From the NCBI GenBank assembly GCA_046347855.1, contig JAXMFJ010000011.1, forward strand, positions 70,843 to 134,842: a DNA stretch of 64,000 nt, written 5' to 3'. Positions within the stretch are counted from its first letter, which is position 1, and every line of letters starts with the position of its first letter. A program made the translations under genes and the position numbers. The notes under the pieces are model-generated. The model searched no databases, was not told where the DNA came from, and saw only the letters and a list, made by a program, of their open reading frames with translations. The DNA is from Burkholderiales bacterium. Lineage in GTDB: Bacteria > Pseudomonadota > Gammaproteobacteria > Burkholderiales > Casimicrobiaceae. Positions 10,115 to 19,366 of this stretch are shown piece after piece.

Positions 10115-10119
10115 GCCCC

Positions 10120-10569
10120 ATGGACAACGACACGCCGGCACTGTCGCCGACCGAGGCGCAGGCGCTCGCCGAGCGCGTCGCGCAGGGCATGTTCGCGCGC
10201 GACAACGCCTCGCAGCGCCTCGGCATCCGCATCGTGCGCGTCGCGCCGGGGCACGCCGAGCTCGCGATGACGGTGCGCGCGGACATGGTCAACGGCCACG
10301 CGATCACCCACGGCGGCCTCGTGTTCACGCTGGCCGACAGCGCGTTCGCGTACGCGTGCAACAGCTACAACGCCAACACGGTGGCCGCCGGCTGCACCAT
10401 CGAGTTCATGGCGCCGTCACGCGAGGGCGACGTGCTCACCGCCGTCGCGCGCGAGCACACGCTCGTGGGCCGCAACGGAATCTACGACGTCGACGTGCGC
10501 AACCAGCACGGCGAGGTCATCGCGCTGTTCCGCGGCAAGAGCACGCGCATCAGGGGCGCCGTGGTGTAG
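10120..10569 (+). CDS. paaI: Hydroxyphenylacetyl-CoA thioesterase (hotdog fold)
   Basis: DNASQRLGI, MVNGH.ITHGG.VFTLADSAFAYACNS. Alternative GTG start at 10111. Confidence 0.93.
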   Translation: MDNDTPALSPTEAQALAERVAQGMFARDNASQRLGIRIVRVAPGHAELAMTVRADMVNGHAITHGGLVFTLADSAFAYACNSYNANTVAAGCTIEFMAPSREGDVLTAVAREHTLVGRNGIYDVDVRNQHGEVIALFRGKSTRIRGAVV

Positions 10570-10611
10570 GCGAGCCGCGGCGAGGGGGAACGGGCTCCAG
10601 GAGGGAAACCG

Positions 10612-11919
10612 ATGTCCGCACGACAACCGAGACCGGAGACGCTCGAGCCGATCGAGCGCGCGAGCCGCGACGAGCTCGCCGCATTGCAGCTCACGCGCCT
10701 GCGCACGTCGCTCACCCGCGCGTACGAGAAGGTGCCGCATTACCGGCGCGCGTTCGACGCCAAGGGCGTGCATCCGCGCGATCTCGCCTCGCTCGCGGAT
10801 CTCGCGAAGTTCCCGCTCACTGCCAAGGCGGACCTGCGCGCCAACTACCCGTTCGGCATGTTCGCGGTGCCGCGCGAGGAGGTGGTGCGCGTGCACGCGT
10901 CGTCGGGCACGACCGGCAAGCCGACGGTGGTCGGCTACACGCGCAACGACATCGACATGTGGGCCACCGTGATGGCGCGCTCCATCCGCGCGGCGGGCGG
11001 GCGCCCCGGCGATTTGCTGCACGTCGCGTACGGCTACGGCCTCTTCACCGGCGGCCTCGGCGCGCACTACGGCGGCGAGAAGCTGGGCTGCACGGTGATC
11101 CCGATGTCGGGCGGGCAGACCGAGAAGCAGGTGCAGCTCATCGCCGACTTCAAGCCGCGCGTGATCATGGTGACGCCGTCGTACATGCTCGCGATCGCGG
11201 AGGAGATGGAGCGGCAGGGCATGGACCCGCGCGCGTCGTCGCTCGAGATCGGCATCTTCGGCGCCGAGCCGTGGACGCCGACGATGCGCGAGGCGATCGA
11301 GGCGAAGCTCGGCATCGACGCGATCGACATCTATGGCCTGTCCGAGGTGATCGGCCCGGGCGTTGCGCAGGAGTGCATCGAGACCAAGGATGGCCTCACG
11401 GTGTGGGAGGACCACTTCTATCCGGAGGTGATCGATCCTGCGACCGGCGCCGTGCTGCCCGAGGGCGAGAAGGGCGAGCTCGTGTTCACGTCGCTCACCA
11501 AGGAGGCGCTGCCGATCGTGCGCTATCGCACGCGCGACCTCACGCGCCTGCTGCCGCCGACCGCGCGCTCGATGCGCCGCATCGAGAAGATCACCGGGCG
11601 CTCGGACGACATGATGATCATCCGCGGCGTCAACGTGTTCCCCACGCAGATCGAGGAGCTGATGCTGCGCGAGGCCGCGCTCGCGCCGCACTACCAGATC
11701 GAGATCACGCGGCCGGGCAGCCTCGACGAGATGACGGTGCTGGTCGAGCGCCTGCCGGGCGAGGGCAGCGCCGACGGCGATGCCGCGGGCCGTGCGCTGC
11801 AGCATCACATCAAGAGCATGATCGGCGTGAGCGCGCAGGTGAAGGTGCTGGCGCCCAACGCGATCGAGCGCTCGCTCGGGAAAGCGCGCCGGATCGTCGA
11901 CAAGCGGCCGAAGGATTAG
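10612..11919 (+). CDS. paaK: Phenylacetate-CoA ligase
   Basis: RVHASSGTTGKPTVVGYT, YGYGLFTGGLGAHYG, DIYGLSEVIGPGV, GRSDDMMIIRGVNVFP. Confidence 0.96.
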   Translation: MSARQPRPETLEPIERASRDELAALQLTRLRTSLTRAYEKVPHYRRAFDAKGVHPRDLASLADLAKFPLTAKADLRANYPFGMFAVPREEVVRVHASSGTTGKPTVVGYTRNDIDMWATVMARSIRAAGGRPGDLLHVAYGYGLFTGGLGAHYGGEKLGCTVIPMSGGQTEKQVQLIADFKPRVIMVTPSYMLAIAEEMERQGMDPRASSLEIGIFGAEPWTPTMREAIEAKLGIDAIDIYGLSEVIGPGVAQECIETKDGLTVWEDHFYPEVIDPATGAVLPEGEKGELVFTSLTKEALPIVRYRTRDLTRLLPPTARSMRRIEKITGRSDDMMIIRGVNVFPTQIEELMLREAALAPHYQIEITRPGSLDEMTVLVERLPGEGSADGDAAGRALQHHIKSMIGVSAQVKVLAPNAIERSLGKARRIVDKRPKD

Positions 11920-11965
11920 GGTTCCCCGCAGTCCGGTTGCAGTGCCCGCTATAATGCACTGCAAC

Positions 11966-12991
11966 ATGAACGCATACACCCGTGTCTGCATCGTCGGCGC
12001 CGGCGCCATCGGCGGTTTCGTGGGCGCGCGCCTGGCGCAGGGCGGCGCCGAGGTCGTGTTCATCGCACGCGGCCGCAACTTGGAGGCGATCCGCGAGCGC
12101 GGCATGCGCGTCGTATATCGCGACGGCCGCGAGGAGACGGCGGCCGTCACCGCCACCGACGACTACGCGGCATGCGGACCCTGCGACGTCGTGATCCTCG
12201 CGCTCAAGGCGCACCAGCTCCCCGCGGTGGCGGACAAGCTCACGCCGCTGTTCCACGCCGAAACCGTCGTGATCCCGATGCAGAACGGCATCCCGTTCTG
12301 GTACTTCCACGGTCACGGCGGCGAGCTCGCCGGGCACGCGGTCGAGAGCGTCGACCCGGGCGGGCGCGTGCTGGCGGCGATTCCGCCGTCGCGCATCCTG
12401 GGCTGCGTCGTGTACCCCGCGACCGAGCTCACCGGGCCCGGCACCGTGGTGCACATCGAGGGCGACCGCTTCCCGATCGGCGAGCTCGACGGCAGCCTGT
12501 CGGAGCGCGCGCAGGCGGTGTCGGCGCTCTTCACGCGCGGCGGCCTGAAGTCGCCCGTGCTCGACAACGTGCGCGCGGAGATCTGGCTCAAGCTCTGGGG
12601 CAACCTCACGTTCAATCCGATCTCGGCGCTCACGCACGCGTACCTCTCCGACATCTGCGCCGACCCGCACGGCCGCGAGCTCGCCGCGCAGATGATGCGC
12701 GAGGCGCAGGCGGTGGCGGAGAAGCTCGGCATCACGTTCCGCGTGCCGCTCGAGAAGCGCATCGAGGGCGCGGCGAAGGTCGGGCGACACAAGACGTCGA
12801 TGCTGCAGGACGTCGAGGCCGGGCGCGCGATCGAGATCGATGCGCTGACGGGATCGGTGGTGGAGCTGGGTCGCCTGGCGGGCGTGCCGACGCCGACGAT
12901 CACCGCGATCTACAACGCGGCGAAGCTGCTCGATCGCACGCTCACCGCGGAGGCTGTCGCGGTGCGGGCGGTGCCGTTTCCCTCCAGTTAG
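11966..12991 (+). CDS. Ketopantoate reductase (PanE/ApbA) family oxidoreductase
   Basis: CIVGAGAIGG, ILALKAHQ, QNGIPFWYF, WLKLWGN..FNPISALT, HKTSMLQD. TATAAT at 11950-11955 favours the ATG at 11966. Confidence 0.85.
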   Translation: MNAYTRVCIVGAGAIGGFVGARLAQGGAEVVFIARGRNLEAIRERGMRVVYRDGREETAAVTATDDYAACGPCDVVILALKAHQLPAVADKLTPLFHAETVVIPMQNGIPFWYFHGHGGELAGHAVESVDPGGRVLAAIPPSRILGCVVYPATELTGPGTVVHIEGDRFPIGELDGSLSERAQAVSALFTRGGLKSPVLDNVRAEIWLKLWGNLTFNPISALTHAYLSDICADPHGRELAAQMMREAQAVAEKLGITFRVPLEKRIEGAAKVGRHKTSMLQDVEAGRAIEIDALTGSVVELGRLAGVPTPTITAIYNAAKLLDRTLTAEAVAVRAVPFPSS

Positions 12992-13032
12992 CGCTGCGTT
13001 CGCATCGTAAAGAGTTCTTTCGCACTGCTTCG

Positions 13033-13230
13033 CTCCCGCCTGGCGGTGGGAGAGGGCTGGCGTGGAGACGTTGGCGTGAATGGACGCAGCCCCTCACCCC
13101 AACCCTCTCCCCCTCCGGGGGCGAGGGAGGTCTTCGTTGAAGCGGTGACGTGAGCGCGTAGCGCCCCAAGGCTCCCTCTCCCGCCCGCGGCGGGCGAGGG
13201 CTGGGGTGAGGGTGGGGACGTTGGCGCGAA
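13033..13230. repeat. REP family A composite (BIME/REPIN-like) between convergent genes
   Basis: 13090-13128 CCCCTCACCCCAACCCTCTCCCCCTCCGGGGGCGAGGGA; inverted copy at 13171-13212; degenerate copy near 13033-13060. Confidence 0.9.
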
Positions 13231-13263
13231 TGGAAGCCGTCGCTCACGCGGCTCGGTCAGGCA

Positions 13264-14052
13264 TCACGGGTTGTGCCCCAGCCGCCGCGAAATCTCCCCC
13301 GCGCATTCCCGTAACGCCTGCGCCAGGGCCCCGTCCCACGCAGGATCGAAGCTGCCCACCGGCCCGAGCGTCGTCACCGCCAGCACGAGCGCGCCGCCGT
13401 GGTCGAACACGGGCGCCGAGAGCGCGTTGATGCCGGGAATCGGCACGCCCACCGCCCGCGCGAGGCCGTGGCCGCGCACCTCGTCGACCATCGCCTCGAA
13501 CTGCGCCTTCGGCAGCCGCGCGGACTCGTGCGCGATCACGCGCTCGTCGGTGAGCTCGCGCGCGATGTGCGCGAGCGCGATCTTCGGCGGCAGGTAGGCG
13601 GAGAACACGCGGCCGGTCGCGGTGTTGACGGTCGACATCACCGTCCCCGGGCGCATGTTCACGTGGATGGGGCGCGCCGATTCGTGGATGTAGACGATGG
13701 TGGGCCCGTGCGTGCCGAGCACCGCGAGCGCCACCGTGTGGCCGATCGCTTCGCCGAGCGCGGTGATCGCGGGAATGGCCACGCGCACCGGCGACAAAAG
13801 TTGCAGGCTCACGAGCCCGAGCTGCAGCGCGAAGGGGCCGAGCCGGTAGTGGCCGGTCAGCGCGTCCTGCTCGAGCAGCCCGAGCTTCACGTAGCTCACG
13901 ACGTACGGATGCGCCTTCGCGGACGTCATGCCCGCGCGCTGCGCGAGCTCGCGCAGCGCCATGGGCGCGCCGGCGGCGACCATCGCCTGCAGCAGCGTGC
14001 CGCCGACGGCGATCGACTGGATGCCGCGTTGGCGGGGCGCGGATGCCGGCAT
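13264..14052 (-). CDS. IclR family transcriptional regulator
   Basis: RGIQSIAVGGTLLQAM..LRELA..AGM..AKAHPY.VS...GLLEQD...Y.LGPFALQLG, TATGRVF. Start reassigned to ATG 14052. Confidence 0.9.
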   Translation of the reverse strand: MPASAPRQRGIQSIAVGGTLLQAMVAAGAPMALRELAQRAGMTSAKAHPYVVSYVKLGLLEQDALTGHYRLGPFALQLGLVSLQLLSPVRVAIPAITALGEAIGHTVALAVLGTHGPTIVYIHESARPIHVNMRPGTVMSTVNTATGRVFSAYLPPKIALAHIARELTDERVIAHESARLPKAQFEAMVDEVRGHGLARAVGVPIPGINALSAPVFDHGGALVLAVTTLGPVGSFDPAWDGALAQALRECAGEISRRLGHNP

Positions 14053-14234
14053 GGGGCGAGGGCTCGTGGGGAGCCGTGATCTTACCCGTGCGCCCCGCGC
14101 AGCAAGCGTCGGCCGGTGAACCACGCGCGCGCCGCCCATCTGGCGCGGGGTGCCGGTTTCGCGGATGATGCAGCCCGGGTTCACCGAGGCGACGCGAGAT
14201 CGGCCGGACGAGCCTTCCCTGAACGCCCACCGCC

Positions 14235-15323
14235 ATGACGCCGAATCCCATTCCAGTCGCCGCCGCGCCGTTGCGCGACGCCGTCGCCGCCACCTTCATC
14301 GCCGCAGGCAGCCATGCGCAGGAGGCACGCCTCGTCGCGGAAGGGCTGGTCGAGGCGAACCTCTACGGCCACGACTCGCACGGCGTCGGGCTGGTGCCGA
14401 TCTACCTCGCCAACGTCGCCCAAGGGCTCGCGCGCGTCAACCAGACGCTGGCCGTGACCGCCGACCACGGCGCGCTGGTCGGCGTCGACGGCCAGCGCGG
14501 CTTCGGGCAGGCGATCGGCGCGCAGGCGATGGACCTGGCGCTCGAGCGCGCAGGGCGCTCCGGCGTGTGCGTGATCGGCGTGGCCAACGCGCACCACCTC
14601 GCGCGCATCGGCCGCTGGGCGGAGCAGTGCGCCGCCGCGGGCTTCGCGTCGGTGCACTTCGTGAACGTGCTGTCGACGCCGCTGGTGGCGCCGTGGGGAG
14701 GCCTCGACGCGCGGCTCGCGACCAATCCGTTCTGCGTCGGCGTGCCGCATCACCCGCATCCGCTGGTGCTCGACTACGCGACGAGCATGATCGCGTTCGG
14801 CAAGGTGCAGGTCGCGCACGCGGCCGGCAAGCCGCTCGCGGAAGGGCTCGTGATCGACGCGCAGGGGCGGCCGACCACCGATCCCGCGGCGATGATGGGC
14901 GAGGTCGCGGGCGCGCTGCTTCCCTTCGGCCAGCACAAGGGCTTCGCGCTCGCCGTGATGTGCGAGCTCTTAGGCGGCGCGCTGTCCGGCGGGCAGGTGC
15001 AGGACCGCCGTCACGAGCCCAGCCCGATGATCAACAACATGCTGTCGATCGTGTTCGACCCCGACAAGCTCACCACGCGCGACACCTTCACGCAGCAGGT
15101 GGATCGCCTTGCGCGCTGGCTGCGCGGATCGCCGCGCGACCCGGCGCGCACCGGCATCCACCTGCCCGGCGAGCCCGAGCGCGCGACCGAGCGTGAGCGC
15201 CTGCGCGACGGCATCCCGCTGCCGCGCGCGACGCGCGATGCGCTGGTGGCCGCGGGCCGCACGGTGCGCAGCGACGCGTTCGCGCAGCTCTTCGCGGCCA
15301 CCGACGACGGCGCCTCGCGATGA
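14235..15323 (+). CDS. Ldh_2 family (malate/L-lactate/ureidoglycolate-type) oxidoreductase
   Basis: ANLYGHDSHGVGL.P.Y, DGQRGFGQ, HHLARIG, ATNPFC, LDYATS, PFGQHKGFAL, HLPGEPE. Confidence 0.9.
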   Translation: MTPNPIPVAAAPLRDAVAATFIAAGSHAQEARLVAEGLVEANLYGHDSHGVGLVPIYLANVAQGLARVNQTLAVTADHGALVGVDGQRGFGQAIGAQAMDLALERAGRSGVCVIGVANAHHLARIGRWAEQCAAAGFASVHFVNVLSTPLVAPWGGLDARLATNPFCVGVPHHPHPLVLDYATSMIAFGKVQVAHAAGKPLAEGLVIDAQGRPTTDPAAMMGEVAGALLPFGQHKGFALAVMCELLGGALSGGQVQDRRHEPSPMINNMLSIVFDPDKLTTRDTFTQQVDRLARWLRGSPRDPARTGIHLPGEPERATERERLRDGIPLPRATRDALVAAGRTVRSDAFAQLFAATDDGASR

Positions 15324-15778
15324 GTTACCGGCACGTCACGCGCTTCACCGTCGAGTTCGGCGACTGCGATCCCGCGCAGATCGTGTTCTATCCCAATTTC
15401 TTCCGCTGGATGGACGCCGCGGCGCTGCACTTCTTCCGCGCGCTCGGCGTGCCGTCGTGGCGCGAGTACGAGGCGCGCACCGGCATCCTCGGCACGCCGC
15501 TCGTCGACGCCTCGGCGCGCTTCCTGCGGCCCGCGACCTACGGCGACGTGCTCGACGTCGCGACCACGATCGCCGAGTGGCGCGGCCGCAGCTTCGTCAT
15601 GTCGCATATCATTGCCCGCGGCGGCGACGTGCTGGTCGAGGGCCGCGAGGTGCGCGTGTTCGCGCGCCGGCATCGCGACGATCCGTCGCGCATCGAGACG
15701 GTGCCCGCGCCGGCGGAGATCCGGGCGGCGTGCGACGCGCCGGCGCAGGACGATGGCAGGGAAAGGGGGGAACGATGA
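15320..15778 (+). CDS. 4-hydroxybenzoyl-CoA thioesterase-like hotdog thioesterase
   Basis: VEFGDCDPAQIVFYPNFFRWMD, FLRPATYGD; ATGA overlap with the upstream gene. Confidence 0.88.
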   Translation: MSYRHVTRFTVEFGDCDPAQIVFYPNFFRWMDAAALHFFRALGVPSWREYEARTGILGTPLVDASARFLRPATYGDVLDVATTIAEWRGRSFVMSHIIARGGDVLVEGREVRVFARRHRDDPSRIETVPAPAEIRAACDAPAQDDGRERGER

Positions 15779-16326
15779 GCGAACCGGGGATCGAGCCGGC
15801 GGCGTCAGGCGCTGCCGCGTACGGACCTGCAGGGCGGGGGCTGCTGGCCGCGACCAAGTGGCTCGCGATCGCGGGCGGGCTCGTGTTCGTGGGGCTCGTC
15901 ATCATGTCGATCGTGTCGATCACCGGCCGCAAGCTCTTCTCGTTCCCGGTGCCCGGCGACGTCGAGATGCTGCAGATGTGCGCCGCGTTCGCGTCGTCGT
16001 GCTTCTTCGCGTACTGCCACCTCATCAACGGCGACGTGAAGGTCGACTTCTTCACGCACAACCTCGCGCCGCGCAAGGTGGCGGCGATGGACACGCTGGG
16101 CTCGCTGCTGGTCGGCCTCTTCGGCGCGCTGATCGCGTGGCGGACCGCGGCCGGCGCCCTCGGCGTGCGCGAGGTGGGCGAGACCTCCGCGATCCTGGGC
16201 TGGCCGCTGTGGTACGCGCAGATCCTGATGGTGCCGGGGTTCGTGCTGCTGGCGGTGGCCGGGTTCTACACGATGGTGCGCCATCTGCGCGTCGCGATGA
16301 CGCCGGGGGTCCGCCATGGAGCGTGA
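15775..16326 (+). CDS. TRAP transporter small permease (DctQ)
   Basis: SITGRKLFSFPVPGDVEMLQM, GDVKVDFF; 4 hydrophobic segments; ATGA overlap. Confidence 0.88.
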   Translation: MSEPGIEPAASGAAAYGPAGRGLLAATKWLAIAGGLVFVGLVIMSIVSITGRKLFSFPVPGDVEMLQMCAAFASSCFFAYCHLINGDVKVDFFTHNLAPRKVAAMDTLGSLLVGLFGALIAWRTAAGALGVREVGETSAILGWPLWYAQILMVPGFVLLAVAGFYTMVRHLRVAMTPGVRHGA

Positions 16327-16350
16327 GCGCGCACGGGCGGGAGGCACGCG

Positions 16351-17676
16351 ATGAGCGGCACCACCGTCGGCTTCGTCATCTTCGGCGTGATGCTCGCGCT
16401 GATGGTCGTGCGCGTGCCGATCGGCATCGCGATGTTCGTCGTGGGCGGCGGCGGCTACGTCTACCTCACCGGCAACGCCAGCGCGTTCCTGAACACGCTC
16501 AAGAACCTCGCGTACGCGCGCCTCTCGAACTACGACCTCGTCGTGATCCCGCTGTTCTTCCTCATGGGGCAGTTCGCGACGCACGGCGGGCTGTCGAAGG
16601 CGCTGTTCCGCTGCGTGAGCGCGTTCCTCGGGCATCGCCGCGGCGGCATCGCGATGGCGGCGGTGGGCGCGTGCGCGGGCTTCGGCGCGATCTGCGGCTC
16701 GTCGCTCGCGACGGCCGCGACGATGGGCCAGGTCGCGCTGCCCGAGCTGCGCCGCTACGGCTACTCGGGATCGCTCGCCACCGGGGCGCTCGCCGCCGGC
16801 GGCACGCTCGGCATCATGATCCCGCCGTCGGTGCCGCTCGTGATCTACGCGATCCTGACGCAGGAATCGATCGGCAAGCTGTTCATGGCCGCCGTGGTCC
16901 CGGGCGTGATCGCGATGCTGGGCTACATGCTCGTGATCAGCATCATCGTGCACCTCAAGCCCTCGGCGGGCCCCGCTGGCGCCGAGGTGCCGTGGGCGGA
17001 GAAGCTCAAGAGCCTGCTCGAGGTGCTGCCCGTGATCGGCGTGTTCATCGTCGTGATCGTCGGCATCTACGGCGGCTGGGCGAACCCCACCGAGGCGGCC
17101 GCGATCGGCGCGGCGGCGTGCGGCGTGCTCGCGCTCGTCACCGGCGGCATGCGCATGAAGGGCGTGCTCGACAGCGCGCTCGGCACCGCGCAGGCCACCG
17201 CGATGATCTTCCTCGTCCTGCTCGGCGCCGACATGCTGAACACCACGCTCGCGCTGTCGCAGATGCCGGCCGAGCTCGCCGCGTGGGTGAAGAACAGCGG
17301 GCTCGCGCCGCTGTTCGTGATGTTCCTGATCCTGGTCGTCTACATCTTCTTGGGCTGCGTGATGGACTCGCTGGCCATGATCCTGCTCACCATCCCCATC
17401 TTCTACCCGATGGTGATGGGCCTCGACTTCGGGCTCGCACCCGAGGACAAGTCGATCTGGTTCGGCATCCTCGCGCTGATGGTGGTGGAGATCGGGCTCG
17501 TGCACCCGCCGGTCGGCATGAACGTGTACATCATCAACCGGCTGGCGAAGGACGTGCCGCTCACCGAGACGTTCAAGGGCGTCGTTCCGTTCCTGCTGTC
17601 CGACCTCGTGCGCATTCTGCTGCTGCTCTACTTCCCGATCGTCTCGCTCTGGCTCGTGCACACGTTCAAGCAGTAG
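16351..17676 (+). CDS. TRAP transporter large permease (DctM)
   Basis: FGAICGSSLATAATMG, GGTLGIMIPPSV, NPTEAAAIG, EIGLVHPPVGMNVY. Confidence 0.93.
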   Translation: MSGTTVGFVIFGVMLALMVVRVPIGIAMFVVGGGGYVYLTGNASAFLNTLKNLAYARLSNYDLVVIPLFFLMGQFATHGGLSKALFRCVSAFLGHRRGGIAMAAVGACAGFGAICGSSLATAATMGQVALPELRRYGYSGSLATGALAAGGTLGIMIPPSVPLVIYAILTQESIGKLFMAAVVPGVIAMLGYMLVISIIVHLKPSAGPAGAEVPWAEKLKSLLEVLPVIGVFIVVIVGIYGGWANPTEAAAIGAAACGVLALVTGGMRMKGVLDSALGTAQATAMIFLVLLGADMLNTTLALSQMPAELAAWVKNSGLAPLFVMFLILVVYIFLGCVMDSLAMILLTIPIFYPMVMGLDFGLAPEDKSIWFGILALMVVEIGLVHPPVGMNVYIINRLAKDVPLTETFKGVVPFLLSDLVRILLLLYFPIVSLWLVHTFKQ

Positions 17677-17712
17677 CGAGCGTCTTCAAAGGAGCATGCA
17701 CGACACCCCAAC

Positions 17713-17759
17713 GTAGCGCCCCCTCGCCCCGCTTGCGGGGAGAGGGTTGGGGTGAGGGG
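17713..17759. repeat. REP family A, single copy with GTAG-containing flank
   Basis: GTAGCGCCCCCTCGCCCCGCTTGCGGGGAGAGGGTTGGGGTGAGGGG. Confidence 0.88.
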
Positions 17760-17811
17760 TGCGCGACTGTGGCATCCTGTAGGCAGCAGCACCAGCCCAG
17801 CCGCATCCGCC

Positions 17812-19272
17812 ATGCACGACGCCCGTTCCCTCCTAGCGCAAGTCGCGTACGACGCGATGGAGGAGCGCGGCTTCCTGCCCGATTTCTCGGATGCAGCGAT
17901 CGCCGAAGCACGCGCGTTCGCGCATCCGGCCACCGCCTCCGACACCGAGGTCCGCGACCTGCGCGACCTCCCGTGGGCGTCGATCGACAACGACGACTCG
18001 CGCGACCTCGATCAGCTCTCGGTCGCCGCCGGCGCGCGCGACGGCAGCGAGACCATCCTGGTGGCCATCGCCGACGTCGATGCGCTCGTGCGCAAGGGCT
18101 CGCCCATCGATGCGCACGCGGCGGTGAACACGACGTCGGTGTACACCGCCGCCGGCAACTTTCCGATGCTGCCCGAGCGCCTGTGCACCGACCTCACGTC
18201 GCTCAACCCGCACGCCGACCGCATCGCGCTGGTGGTGGAGATGACGGTGACGCGCGACGGAACCGTCGGCGACGCCACGATCGGCCGCGCGCGCGTGCGC
18301 AACCACGCGCAGCTCGCATACGACGGCGTCGCGGCGTGGCTCACGGGCGCCGCGCCCGCGCCGGCCGCGCTGGCGGCGGTGCCCGGGCTCGACGCCCAGC
18401 TGCGCCGGCAGGATGCCGTCGCGCAGGCGCTCAAGCGCTCGCGCGCAGCGCGCGGCGCGCTCGACCTCGACACTGGCGAGACGCGCGCGATCTTCTCCGA
18501 CGACACGCTCTGCGACCTCGTGCCCGACGCGTCGAACCGCGCGCGCGAGCTGATCGAGGATTTCATGATCGCCGCCAACGGCGTCGTCGCGCGCTTCCTC
18601 GCGGACAAGGGCGTGCCCGCGCTGCGCCGCGTGCTGCGCACGCCCGCGCGCTGGGACCGCATCGTGGCACTCGCCGCCGATCTCGGCGAGCCGTTGCCGG
18701 CGCTGCCCGACGCGGTCGCGCTCGACACGTTCCTCGCGCGCCGGCGCAAGGCCGATCCCGAGGCGTTCGGCGATCTCTCGCTCGCCGTCGTCAAGCTGCT
18801 GGGCCGCGGCGAGTACGCGCTCGACGTGCCGGGCGCGCCGTCGCCCGGCCACTTCGCGCTGGCCGTCGGCGAGTACGCGCACGCGACCGCGCCCAACCGG
18901 CGCTTCCCGGACCTCGTCACCCAGCGGCTCGTCAAGGCCGCGCTCGCCGGCCGGCGCTCGCCGTACCGCAACGACGAGCTGTCCGCGCTCGCTGCGCACT
19001 GCACGCAGCAGCAGCACAACGCGATGAAGGTCGAGCGGCGCGTCGCCAAGTCGGCGGCCGCGTTCATCCTCTCGTCGCGCATCGGCGCCACGTTCCGCGG
19101 CACCGTCACCGGCGCCTCCGAGAAGGGCACGTGGGTGCGCATCGCGCGGCCGACCACCGAGGGACGCGTGGTGCGCGGCGAGCGCGGCCTCGACGTGGGC
19201 GACCGCGTGCGCGTGAAGCTCGTCCACGTCGACGTCGAGCGCGGCTACATCGACTTCGCGACGGCTCGCTAG
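17812..19272 (+). CDS. Short RNB-domain (RNase II/R family) exoribonuclease with C-terminal S1-like domain
   Basis: SIDNDDSRDLDQL, VAIADVD, TSVYTA...PMLP, LIEDFMIAAN, GHFALA..YAHATAPNRRFPDL. Confidence 0.88.
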   Translation: MHDARSLLAQVAYDAMEERGFLPDFSDAAIAEARAFAHPATASDTEVRDLRDLPWASIDNDDSRDLDQLSVAAGARDGSETILVAIADVDALVRKGSPIDAHAAVNTTSVYTAAGNFPMLPERLCTDLTSLNPHADRIALVVEMTVTRDGTVGDATIGRARVRNHAQLAYDGVAAWLTGAAPAPAALAAVPGLDAQLRRQDAVAQALKRSRAARGALDLDTGETRAIFSDDTLCDLVPDASNRARELIEDFMIAANGVVARFLADKGVPALRRVLRTPARWDRIVALAADLGEPLPALPDAVALDTFLARRRKADPEAFGDLSLAVVKLLGRGEYALDVPGAPSPGHFALAVGEYAHATAPNRRFPDLVTQRLVKAALAGRRSPYRNDELSALAAHCTQQQHNAMKVERRVAKSAAAFILSSRIGATFRGTVTGASEKGTWVRIARPTTEGRVVRGERGLDVGDRVRVKLVHVDVERGYIDFATAR

Positions 19273-19366
19273 ACCGTCAAGTCGGTAGAGCGTTGCCATT
19301 TGCCACTGTCATCCCGACAAGTTCCAACATCGGCGCCATGCCGATTTCGAGACAGGTTGCAGACTC

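Noticed and set aside
12942-13247. Short ORFs containing PLTPTLSP / PSPQPSP / GEGWGEG (also near 17666, 28181, 35276, 44643, 55041-55410)
   Set aside because: These are translations of REP family A, not proteins.
19280-19360. Small hairpins (ATCGGC-gccat-GCCGAT) between the RNB and LOG genes
   Set aside because: 6-bp stems are expected by chance at this GC content; no U-tract and no second copy.
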